Origin: Candidatus Bathyarchaeales archaeon
Lineage (GTDB): Archaea > Thermoproteota > Bathyarchaeia > Bathyarchaeales > Bathycorpusculaceae
Direction of reading: 5' to 3'
Assembly: GCA_049717905.1 (NCBI GenBank)
Contig: JBNASL010000001.1
Span: 7,987-71,986 of the forward strand
Length of the DNA stretch: 64,000 nucleotides
This document shows positions 1 through 8,276 of the stretch, one piece after another (the stretch's first letter is position 1; each line of letters begins with the position of its first letter). The notes under the pieces were generated by a model. It was not told the DNA's origin, searched no databases, and worked only from the letters and a program-made list of their open reading frames with translations. The position numbers and the translations under genes are program-made.

Positions 1-117
1 TAATGTCAAGTTTTGTGGCTTTAAGGTTAACTATGAAGACTAGTTTGTTTTCCCTTTCAACCATTAAGCTTGCGGATTCAGTCATCAAAGGATAAAGTAT
101 TACCTCATAAGGGTCCA
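1..117 (-). CDS. rpl23: 50S ribosomal protein L23 (uL23), 5' fragment running off the window start
   Basis: Not in the ORF track because it is open-ended. A minus-strand ATG at 117 abuts the L4 stop at 118-120. My translation is [39 protein letters not shown]. It follows the conserved archaeal L3-L4-L23 order. Confidence 0.7.
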
Positions 118-903
118 TTAGGCTTCGCCTCCGCCGTAAAGTTTATCTAAGGTTTCAATGGCGCTTTTCGTCCATATCGCTAACCTTCCAGGATGCGTGC
201 CAGGCGCAAGAACCTCAGGGTTCAAACTTTTAACCGGAACTACTTCTAGGCCAGGGATGTTCCGAGCGGCTTCCCCTATACCTTTGTCCTCAGCCACAAC
301 TATGAGAGGCCCTACAGCTTGCTTTACTTTTCTTCCCCGACGCTTTCCTTTACCAGCCCTAACTTTTATGCTTTCTCTAACCCTGTATAAGTCGGATAAA
401 ACTCCAAGTTTTATGAGGGCTTCCTCAACTTCCTTTGTCTTCTTTAAACCCTCCAGCTCGTCTACAGCCACTATTGGAATTTGGGGAACATCCTCAACAG
501 AGTGCCCACGGGAGGCCACCATTTCTTTGGAAGCTGTAGCCGCTATAGCGGAAAAAAGGGCTAAACGTTTCTCTTTTTTGGGAATTCTTTTAACAATCTT
601 CTTTTCCGGAGTTGGCGGGTGAGCCACTCTTCCACCCACTGTTCCTGGGGCAAAGGCTCCTGTGCCCTGTGGACCTTTTATCCTTGGGATTCTTGCCATG
701 GCTAAGCCTACGCCTCTTGATTCTGCTGTTGTCCTTTTTCCAGCCATGGGATCCCTGCCTTGAGGTTGGAACCTTTTGGATTGTATGGCTAGGACAGCGC
801 GTTTTATGACGTCTGGCCTTATTGGGGTTTCAAAAATTTGTGGTAGTTTTAATTTTTCGACGGGTTTTCCATTAAGGTCGAAGACTTTCACTGTTTTAGC
901 CAT
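118..903 (-). CDS. rpl4: 50S ribosomal protein L4 (uL4)
   Basis: 261-aa ORF. The N-terminus [24 protein letters not shown]...[23 protein letters not shown] is typical of archaeal L4. It lies downstream of L3. Confidence 0.95.
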   Translation of the reverse strand: MAKTVKVFDLNGKPVEKLKLPQIFETPIRPDVIKRAVLAIQSKRFQPQGRDPMAGKRTTAESRGVGLAMARIPRIKGPQGTGAFAPGTVGGRVAHPPTPEKKIVKRIPKKEKRLALFSAIAATASKEMVASRGHSVEDVPQIPIVAVDELEGLKKTKEVEEALIKLGVLSDLYRVRESIKVRAGKGKRRGRKVKQAVGPLIVVAEDKGIGEAARNIPGLEVVPVKSLNPEVLAPGTHPGRLAIWTKSAIETLDKLYGGGEA

Positions 904-916
904 GGACTTTCACCGT

Positions 917-1930
917 TCACTTTCCTTGGGGAGATTCTATTGATAGGTATGTGATCTGCGGAGGTTCTTCTGGAACTTGTTTCGGTGGGCGTGCCGGATA
1001 ACGCAGTTTTATTGGGCGCTTTTCTGGCCCAGGTATGCCTCCCTCTATAAGCATGTAGGGGCCACGGATTACGCCGTACCTTATGAAACCGCCTTTCGGA
1101 GTCACTTCTTTGCCGTCTTTGCCGATTTTTAAGATTCGTTTGTTGTATTCTGTCCTTTGGTGGAAGCCCATTTGCCCAGCTCTTGGAACACTATACATCA
1201 CGTGGTGAGGATTCCACGGCCCGAGGGTTGCTACGCCTCTTTTAGTCTTCCTTCCTTTATGCTGGAGAATGGCTACTCCCCAACGCTTTACTGGCCCCTG
1301 GAAGCCTTTCCCAGTGGTTACACCTATCACGTCCACGTGTTGGCCTTCCTTGAAAACTTCATTCGGGTTTACGGTTTTTCCAATAAGGCTTTTTGCGTAT
1401 TCAAACTGTTGCTGTAAGGTTCCTCCGCCTATTTCAATTTCGGCCACGTCTGGCTTTTTCTTGGGCACACTTGCCTGTTTAGGTTGGGTTATGGCTATGA
1501 CGCGGATTTTTGAAACTTTATCTAGGTTTTCCTCTATTTTCTTCAAGTTTTCTTCCGTGGTGAATTTCTCTGGAAGCGTAAAAACTCTTTCAAGTTCGTC
1601 TGGCGGATCTGCCATCCAAGCCTCTGCGAAGGTTTGGAGCCCATAGGGGGTTTTTGTGTAGGCTCTTACGGCGCAGATAAGCAGCGGTGGTGTTTCTAGA
1701 ACTGTGACTGGGCGGATTACCTCTTTTCCAAAGTTTGGTGAGCGTTTCCTGTCCTCTATAACCATGGCATAGGTCATGCCAGCCTTATAACCCATAAAAC
1801 CCAAAAGTCTAGGCGCGTCAGCCTTTATTTCTGGCCAGTAGCGGATTCGCGCCAGTATACTTTTAGCGCGTTTCCTAGGTAAATAGGATAGCGAACCGTG
1901 TTTTGGGGCATGTCTTTTCCTGTGACCCAT
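917..1930 (-). CDS. rpl3: 50S ribosomal protein L3 (uL3)
   Basis: ORF 917..1966. I prefer the internal ATG at 1930, which gives MGHRKRHAPKHGSLSYLPRKRA, the canonical archaeal L3 N-terminus. Confidence 0.93.
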   Translation of the reverse strand: MGHRKRHAPKHGSLSYLPRKRAKSILARIRYWPEIKADAPRLLGFMGYKAGMTYAMVIEDRKRSPNFGKEVIRPVTVLETPPLLICAVRAYTKTPYGLQTFAEAWMADPPDELERVFTLPEKFTTEENLKKIEENLDKVSKIRVIAITQPKQASVPKKKPDVAEIEIGGGTLQQQFEYAKSLIGKTVNPNEVFKEGQHVDVIGVTTGKGFQGPVKRWGVAILQHKGRKTKRGVATLGPWNPHHVMYSVPRAGQMGFHQRTEYNKRILKIGKDGKEVTPKGGFIRYGVIRGPYMLIEGGIPGPEKRPIKLRYPARPPKQVPEEPPQITYLSIESPQGK

Positions 1931-2135
1931 CTTTTCCCGCTTCGCGTCTTCTAGGAATGAATACATTAGGTTATAAATCTTATCCTTCCAGTAACCTCAC
2001 AGTTTTCGTGTCTTTTTAATGAGAAAATGAAATATTTTAAACCGTCGGATTTGGCATTTTTGCCTGTTGAAAACTTTGTGAGTAGTTTTAAATACACACT
2101 CAAACAAATGCTATAGCCGTAAAGGCTGAAGGCAT

Positions 2136-2471
2136 ATGGTTAAAGTTCCTGACACTTCTGATAACATGAAAATGTGCATTTGCCCGAAATGCCCAACCTA
2201 TAAGAAATGCAAATTAACCGGCGGACTTTTCTGCGCAAAAGGCAAAGCTAAAGAGAAAGCCACAAAAGAAGGATGTATTTGCGCTAAATGCGAGGTATAC
2301 TCAAAATACAACCTTAAAGGAGAGTACTTCTGCCGAAAACCAGCCAAAATGTTATGGTGGATTTTAGGGCTAGCAGCAATAATAATCATCGTCGCCGTCG
2401 TCGTTTGGATATTGCTTTCAGGCGGTTCATCAGCGCCTCCCATGGAAATCCCCACTGAAGCCCCTCAGTAA
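2136..2471 (+). CDS. Small cysteine-rich protein (DUF2769-like CxxC repeats) with a C-terminal transmembrane helix
   Basis: 111 aa. Contains CICPKCPTYKKC...CICAKCEVY...FC motifs followed by the hydrophobic stretch WWILGLAAIIIIVAVVVWILL. Confidence 0.5.
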   Translation: MVKVPDTSDNMKMCICPKCPTYKKCKLTGGLFCAKGKAKEKATKEGCICAKCEVYSKYNLKGEYFCRKPAKMLWWILGLAAIIIIVAVVVWILLSGGSSAPPMEIPTEAPQ

Positions 2472-2615
2472 ACGTTGCACACACGCCAACAAAAACCTAA
2501 ACTTTTTTTCACTTTTATAAACAACTAACCTAACAAAAATAAGAAGTCGTTGCTTTAAGAAAGGCGTGCTTCCACGTAGTTTGGCTGTTTTCTTAATAAA
2601 TAGTGCCTAGGTGCT

Positions 2616-3173
2616 CTAGGTTTTTGCGTGCCACTTTTTGATTATTGTTTCAAAAATTTTTTGGGCTGCTTGTTCTGGAGTAAGCTTTGCGGTGTTTACT
2701 GTTATTTCTGGGTTTATGGGCGGCTCGTAGGGTTGTCCTACGCCGGGCACTGTGGGTGCTTTTCCTTCTAGGGCTTTTGCGTAAATTTGTTTTGGCGCAT
2801 GGTAGGTTTTGCCTCTTTTTGATTCGCGTTCGATGCAGATTTCCAAGGGACACTCTAAGTAGGCTTCCATAAACCTTGGAATAAGCTTTCTGGCGTTTTC
2901 TCTGTAACGCCGTAGATTGCCAGTGGCGTCAATGACAACGTTTACTCCGTTTCGGGTTAAAAGTTCTGCAATGTAAACAAGTGTAGCGTAAACTATATCG
3001 CGCTCTTCAAGGGAGTATGCGGGTTTAGGGGTCAAAACTTTGCGCAGTGCGTCAGAAGACAAAAGTTGCGCGTGTATGCCTTCTTGTTCTAAAAGTTTAA
3101 TTAGGGCTTCTGAAACGACGGATTTGCCGCTTCCAGGTAAGCCTGTAACCCAGACACACCAACCTTCATGCAA
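2616..3173 (-). CDS. Adenylylsulfate (APS) kinase-like P-loop kinase
   Basis: 185 aa. Walker A VTGLPGSGKS is followed by a CysC-like core (LSSDALRK, VVIDATGNLRRYRENARK). Confidence 0.7.
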   Translation of the reverse strand: MHEGWCVWVTGLPGSGKSVVSEALIKLLEQEGIHAQLLSSDALRKVLTPKPAYSLEERDIVYATLVYIAELLTRNGVNVVIDATGNLRRYRENARKLIPRFMEAYLECPLEICIERESKRGKTYHAPKQIYAKALEGKAPTVPGVGQPYEPPINPEITVNTAKLTPEQAAQKIFETIIKKWHAKT

Positions 3174-3270
3174 TTCAATTCACTTCTGAAATGGTTCTAG
3201 CAGCCTTTAAACTCTCTTCTGCATAATGTTTATTAATTGTTGCCTTGTTTTGGGTTTGAAAGGGATTGTT

Positions 3271-4047
3271 ATGTTAATTGTTCAGATTTCAGATGTTCAC
3301 TGTGGTCCCATGTTTGATGACGGTAAATTCCGCGCTGCGATAGATGAAATTAACGCTTTGTCGCCTGACGCTGTAGTGATAACTGGAGACATAACGGAGA
3401 ACGGCATCCTCTCAGAGTTTAAGATGGCAGCAGAAGAGTTCAAAAGACTGAAAACAAAAAATACAATTTATATAAGCGGAAACCACGATTACCGCGCCAC
3501 GGGCTATCTGCTTTTCAAACAGTTTTTCCCCTTCAACCAAGTCACAGAGGTAGGCGACGCGGTCATAATAGTGCTAAGCAGCGCCCGCCCAGACAGAGAC
3601 GACGGCGAAGTCGGCCACAGACAAAACCTTTGGCTGGAAAACACATTGGAAAAATATAAAGACAGAGTGAAAATTGTTGCGATACACCACCACATAATCC
3701 CAGTTCCAGACACGGGCGCAGACCAAATCACCATAGTGGACGCAGGCGACGTCCTAAGAAGCCTCGTAAAATCCAAGGCAGACCTTGTTCTATGCGGTCA
3801 CCGCCACAGACCGTGGAAATGGCAAATAGAGAATATACAGGTGGTTCACGCTGGAAGTGTTTCATGTGAAAAACTGCGGGGCTTCTTCCTCAACTCATAC
3901 AATGTAGTAGAGATTAAAGACAAAATGGTTGAGGCGAAATTGAAAATCGTCGGCGGAGACTACGTGGACTTTAAAGAAATAATCCAAAAACGTGAAATTC
4001 TTCAAGCTTCAGATGTCTCCGAATGCAGCGACTCGCTGGCAAGATGA
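3271..4047 (+). CDS. Calcineurin-like metallophosphoesterase
   Basis: Motifs ISDVHCG, GDITENG, GNHD, HHH and GHRH are present. The start was moved to the ATG at 3271 (MLIVQISDVH). Confidence 0.8.
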   Translation: MLIVQISDVHCGPMFDDGKFRAAIDEINALSPDAVVITGDITENGILSEFKMAAEEFKRLKTKNTIYISGNHDYRATGYLLFKQFFPFNQVTEVGDAVIIVLSSARPDRDDGEVGHRQNLWLENTLEKYKDRVKIVAIHHHIIPVPDTGADQITIVDAGDVLRSLVKSKADLVLCGHRHRPWKWQIENIQVVHAGSVSCEKLRGFFLNSYNVVEIKDKMVEAKLKIVGGDYVDFKEIIQKREILQASDVSECSDSLAR

Positions 4048-4454
4048 TAAAGGGTTAAACCGCACTTTAAACACAAATCTTCTAATAAACTGTAAGTGTT
4101 AAACCTGAAAAGGTGACTTACACAGCGGCAATCTGAACATCCAAACTTTTTAACTGCAAAACCCTTTTCACTAAACCCGCGCGCCACAGTGCACTCTTCA
4201 GGTTTTTCCGCCTCTTTATAGAAAGCCTTTAAGACGCTTGCATGCGCATTAGCAAGCAAATAGTCAATGTGCCAAAACTTCCTCTTTGCCCATTGAAAGT
4301 GCCGCCTTAAACGCTTATCAAGATTGTTTTGGGCTGAACCCACATAAGCGTATAAGCCTTTCTCGAAGGTGACGTTTCCCAAGGCGCCGACTTTAATGGT
4401 TACGCTTTTGTTGACGGAAATCGCTAGAACGTAAATTCCTTTCACGGGGCTCAT
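4002..4454 (-). CDS. GIY-YIG-type (DUF123 / Uri superfamily) putative endonuclease
   Basis: Contains GIYVLAISV...GLYAYVGSAQNNLDKRLRRHF plus a C-terminal Cys cluster. The likely start is MSPVKGIYVL at 4454, whereas the track ORF extends to 4475. Confidence 0.65.
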   Translation of the reverse strand: MSPVKGIYVLAISVNKSVTIKVGALGNVTFEKGLYAYVGSAQNNLDKRLRRHFQWAKRKFWHIDYLLANAHASVLKAFYKEAEKPEECTVARGFSEKGFAVKKFGCSDCRCVSHLFRFNTYSLLEDLCLKCGLTLYHLASESLHSETSEA

Positions 4455-4629
4455 CCGCTTTAAAAACATTAGCACCGTACCATTTCAAAATTTCCTCAGC
4501 AGCCTTATCAGAATAACCCATATGTCTAAGCTTTTTCTTCAAATCGGCTGCCGAATCCTTACTCAATAAGGAACACCATGCAAACTCTATTTTTACCCGC
4601 TTACTATATTTATCTTTTAAACTTCCACG

Positions 4630-5784
4630 CTAAACAGGCTGAATGTACGCGTTTACAGCGTCTAAATCAAACTTTTCGTGGCGGAGAACATTTTTCACAA
4701 AGTTCAGAAGTTTTACGCGGACATCGCGGCTTAAGTTTGGATACCATATGGGCGAAGCCACAACCAAACCTCGCCAAGCATAGAAGGGCTGAACAACCTC
4801 GAGGATTTCCAAGTCTCCAGTCTTCTGCAAATAGTTCTCCCAGAAAAGCCTATACAACCGCTCAAAAACTCCAGCGAGTTCGCCGTACTTCTGTAGGGAA
4901 TAGAAAATGTAGTTAATGGTCATGGCTGTAACGTCGTCTGCAGGTTCTCCCCACTCGCCTCGGCTTCTATCCAGAACAGTGAACTCATCGCCTTGATGAA
5001 ACATTACATTCCAAGGATGAAAATCGCCGTGAACTTGACTAAGTCTATGGGTTTTGCGTTTAAGACGCCAACGCCAAACCACACAATCTTTTTCAACGTT
5101 TATTAAATCTCGTTCTGTAATAAAATCCAGTTCAGGAGGGTAACTGTCTAATAAGCCCATTATGCATTCGCCGTGGCCCACAAGCTCACGGGTTCTCCGC
5201 ACATAGAGCCATGGCGCTTCACGTTTCAAACGGTGAATTTTAACAAGGTAGTCTGAAAGTGCCAAACACCGCTTTTCATCTAGCTTGCTCATCTCGCCTG
5301 TGCTTTTAATGCGGTCTAGGTCTAAGTGGTAAAGTTTCCCATCCACATATTCGGTTAAAATGAAAAACTCGCCGCAATCTCCGAGAGATTTTAAACTTTT
5401 GCCGTCTGCAGTGAAGGCGCCCACATCCACTGAACGCACATGGAGGGGCAGTTTGTTAAAGACTGAATGCTGCCAAAGCAAAATCTGAGCACGATCAGAA
5501 GGGAAATCGTGCCCAAACCCTCCAGGGCGCATTGTTTCCAATACAACACGTTTAACTTCGCCCTTAACTTGGAACTCAATAACGTATGGAACACCATAGC
5601 CGAAACCCTTCAAATCCTTAAAGCCCTCAGTCTTCTCGCTGCCAAGCCTCCAAAAACCACAAATATTCACAGGGCAACCATACAAGCTTGAAAGATATTC
5701 TTGAAGAGCCCTCTCAGAAAAACTTGCAGACATACCGCCTTTTTCTTCAACCATCCCTTTTAACACCACCAAGCAAACACGCAT
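4630..5784 (-). CDS. Phosphotransferase of the aminoglycoside/choline-kinase (APH) fold
   Basis: 384 aa. Has the catalytic-loop signature VHGDFHPWNVMF and a downstream VLDRSRGEWG. The start is ambiguous (M1, M11 or M18). Confidence 0.65.
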   Translation of the reverse strand: MRVCLVVLKGMVEEKGGMSASFSERALQEYLSSLYGCPVNICGFWRLGSEKTEGFKDLKGFGYGVPYVIEFQVKGEVKRVVLETMRPGGFGHDFPSDRAQILLWQHSVFNKLPLHVRSVDVGAFTADGKSLKSLGDCGEFFILTEYVDGKLYHLDLDRIKSTGEMSKLDEKRCLALSDYLVKIHRLKREAPWLYVRRTRELVGHGECIMGLLDSYPPELDFITERDLINVEKDCVVWRWRLKRKTHRLSQVHGDFHPWNVMFHQGDEFTVLDRSRGEWGEPADDVTAMTINYIFYSLQKYGELAGVFERLYRLFWENYLQKTGDLEILEVVQPFYAWRGLVVASPIWYPNLSRDVRVKLLNFVKNVLRHEKFDLDAVNAYIQPV

Positions 5785-5848
5785 AAGAGAAAAGGACTAC
5801 TTAAATATAAACTGGAACTGAAAAACTTAACCGAAAGAAGGGTTAAAG

Positions 5849-6241
5849 TTGAAAAAAGAAAGCAAAGCCTTCTCCTTCACAAAAGTTTACAAAGATTTAA
5901 CAGAAGTTCTAATGGATCATAAGCTGGCAGCTTTAGGCGACGCGTACATAAACTTCGCCTATTCTCTAGCCTTATCTCAGAATAGGGGGCAACCGTCTGG
6001 AGCGAAGGTTAGGGGCAGTATCCTCGCAGAAGCCTTTAAAAAAGCAGGTTTAAGAGCGCATATGCCTTCAAGGGTTTCGCGGCACATGTTAGCCGACGCT
6101 GCAGAAGCCTTAACCGTTTATGCTTGGCTCCACAGCCATATAACATTAGAGGAATGTGTGGCAATACTAGAGAAGACTGAAGACCCCGTTGAAGGCTTCA
6201 CTCAGCTATTTTTAACAATAAGGGATAGGGTTAAGTTTTAA
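5849..6241 (+). CDS. Small RNase III-like domain protein (tentative)
   Basis: 130 aa. KLAALGDAYINFAYSLAL resembles the RNase III signature (LxxLGDA), and a second acidic motif LADAAEALTVYAW follows. Start is either TTG at 5849 or ATG at 5912. Confidence 0.4.
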   Translation: MKKESKAFSFTKVYKDLTEVLMDHKLAALGDAYINFAYSLALSQNRGQPSGAKVRGSILAEAFKKAGLRAHMPSRVSRHMLADAAEALTVYAWLHSHITLEECVAILEKTEDPVEGFTQLFLTIRDRVKF

Positions 6242-6512
6242 AGGCTTTTTGAAGCTCTTTGCTAAACTCCTTGTTCATCTCTCTGGCTTTTTTCACAGCT
6301 TTCCGCAGGGCTTCTTCAGGTTTTTCCTTACCCTTTGTCCGTACATAGATTATGGGGTTTGAAGCGAGCGGATGGGGAACGTCGTAACCGGCTAAATCCA
6401 CGTTTTCGTCTTCAAGAAGCCTCTTCTGCAACAAATTGCAAAGCGTGTGTCCTGCACCCTCAACTTCAATTTTAAGCTCATTTTCAGTTTTCTTTAACAC
6501 TTTAATTTTCAT
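6231..6512 (-). CDS. rpoL: DNA-directed RNA polymerase subunit L (Rpo11)
   Basis: 93 aa. MKIKVLKKTENELKIEVEGAGHTLCNLLQKRLLED...GYDVPHPL is typical of the family. Sits in the conserved Dph2-Csl4-RpoL neighbourhood. Confidence 0.9.
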   Translation of the reverse strand: MKIKVLKKTENELKIEVEGAGHTLCNLLQKRLLEDENVDLAGYDVPHPLASNPIIYVRTKGKEKPEEALRKAVKKAREMNKEFSKELQKAFKT

Positions 6513-6529
6513 CTATGCCCACGACCGTT

Positions 6530-7114
6530 TCAGAGTATTCCCTTCCCATAGTCTATAGTTGTTTTGCGCTTTTCAATTTTACCACATCGCAAACACTGTA
6601 AGCCGCGACCTCTTTGCTCCAGCATGGAACCACAATTGGAACAGAAAGCGTAAACCACACCTAAACCTTTATCTTTAGTTGATAGGTGGTAAACCCTATT
6701 CTTTTCACTTACAACTTTTGCCCTTATGACGTCGCCTGGTTTGCAAACGTCAAACATGGAGTTGACAAACCTTAAATGCGCATCTGAAACGTAGAGAAAA
6801 CCTGTGAAGAATCCTGAAAGAAGTTTGTTGCCTATTTTGAATATTCGCACTGTGGCTGTTTGAGGCTGAACACTTGAAACTTGCCCCACCACTATGCTTC
6901 CAACCTTTGGAGCTCTTGCCCCATGAACCAGTGGGAAAACTGAAACTCGCTTGTTCAGAAAGTCCACAAGTGCACGCCCCACAACCTTTGAATATATAAT
7001 TCCGTCCTTCACGTATGTTCCAGCGTCTGGAATAAACTCTTCAATAACGCCTAGCTGTTCACCTGGTAACACGAATCTGCCACTGTCCCGCTTCGAATTC
7101 GACAAACTCACCAC
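6530..7114 (-). CDS. csl4: Exosome complex RNA-binding subunit Csl4
   Basis: 194 aa. Has an N-terminal domain, an S1-like core and a C-terminal zinc ribbon (CSNCGS...CLRCG). GTG start. Confidence 0.85.
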   Translation of the reverse strand: MVSLSNSKRDSGRFVLPGEQLGVIEEFIPDAGTYVKDGIIYSKVVGRALVDFLNKRVSVFPLVHGARAPKVGSIVVGQVSSVQPQTATVRIFKIGNKLLSGFFTGFLYVSDAHLRFVNSMFDVCKPGDVIRAKVVSEKNRVYHLSTKDKGLGVVYAFCSNCGSMLEQRGRGLQCLRCGKIEKRKTTIDYGKGIL

Positions 7115-7214
7115 AGCACCTCAAATCACATGAAATTGGCATTTACATGGCTGAAAGCTAAACACCGCGCACCTCAATAAACCTTTTTGTTTATTTTGTC
7201 AAAAATGCTTAGCA

Positions 7215-8222
7215 CTAGTCCCAGAACAACCCTTTTCTGCAAAGTTCTTCCCAAGAAAGTTCGCCGATAATCACGCGCGCCTCATTTAATGTGAGCACTG
7301 GTTTCCGAAATCTTGAAGCGTCCTCAAGGGATATTCGTGGGCATGCAGTGTTAACATAGGCGTCAACCACTGGAAACTCCATGAGAACTTCTGGGTTTAG
7401 CTCCCTAAAAGCGAAAATATACGCGTCTTTCCCATTTTTTTCAAGCTTTTCCTTAATGTTTAAAGCTTTATCAACGCGCTTTTGCCCAGGTTTTAGGCCT
7501 ACAAGAACTGCGAAGGTTTTTGCCTTTTCCGCTTCCTGTATGCTTGCCCACCGTTTTTTAAGGAGTTTCTGAGCCTCCTCATCAACAGTGTAAGCCCTTT
7601 TTTCATACGGATCAGCAACTATTGTTGGCTTTAACGTTGAAAGGGCTAAGCCTAAGGCATGGAAACGCCCCCCACCAATGAAAAGAAAGGCTTCAACATC
7701 ATTGGCTATGGATCTCGTGTTGCTATAGTCGCATCCTATAACTTGCCCGGGATAACTCATGCGGCCAGCATCACCAACCATAACTGTTTTCCCAGCGCGA
7801 ACCAAAATCTCTTTGACCTCGTCAAGGGTCTGCACATGTTGAACTGTTGTGGCTAAACCTATCTTATGCCATTCCTCCATGAGAGATAAAGCCTTCTCCA
7901 CAGCCTCATCAACGCTTAAAGTTGCTCTCGCCTCAACATAAACCGTGGGCACCTTCTCGTACTTTAAAAGCTTTGAATGCCCATAATGGATTATTAGGTC
8001 GGCACCTAGGGTTTCAGCCTCAGCCGTTGCCAAGTCACATGCGCCATAACATGGGTCTGCAGAAATTATGGGTAAGGCACTTGTCTTTTCAACAATCTTA
8101 GCAAGTCTCACGCCTTCATTTTTCAGTCCTTGCGGGAGCTGTATCAGTACGCGTTTGGCTCCAAGTTTGATTATTTCCCGTTTCACTCTCTCTTCTTCAA
8201 AATCAAATTGTTTCAAAATCAA
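7215..8222 (-). CDS. dph2: Diphthamide synthesis protein Dph2 (2-(3-amino-3-carboxypropyl)histidine synthase)
   Basis: 335 aa. Contains Dph2-like blocks (LIQLPQGLK, ADPCYGACD, FLFIGGGRFHALG, ACPRI). TTG start. Confidence 0.85.
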   Translation of the reverse strand: MILKQFDFEEERVKREIIKLGAKRVLIQLPQGLKNEGVRLAKIVEKTSALPIISADPCYGACDLATAEAETLGADLIIHYGHSKLLKYEKVPTVYVEARATLSVDEAVEKALSLMEEWHKIGLATTVQHVQTLDEVKEILVRAGKTVMVGDAGRMSYPGQVIGCDYSNTRSIANDVEAFLFIGGGRFHALGLALSTLKPTIVADPYEKRAYTVDEEAQKLLKKRWASIQEAEKAKTFAVLVGLKPGQKRVDKALNIKEKLEKNGKDAYIFAFRELNPEVLMEFPVVDAYVNTACPRISLEDASRFRKPVLTLNEARVIIGELSWEELCRKGLFWD

Positions 8223-8276
8223 ACACCCAAAGGAACAACATAGGAAGAGTATGCAGTATGGAAAATGGCACTTTTG

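Noticed and set aside
4455-4580. Upstream small ORF or frameshifted N-terminal extension of the DUF123 gene
   Set aside because: The peptide (LSKDSAADLKKKLRHMGYSDKAAEEILKWYG...) looks protein-like. However, it needs a TTG start, is in a different frame and overlaps the DUF123 N-terminus extensively. It is not supportable without homology evidence.
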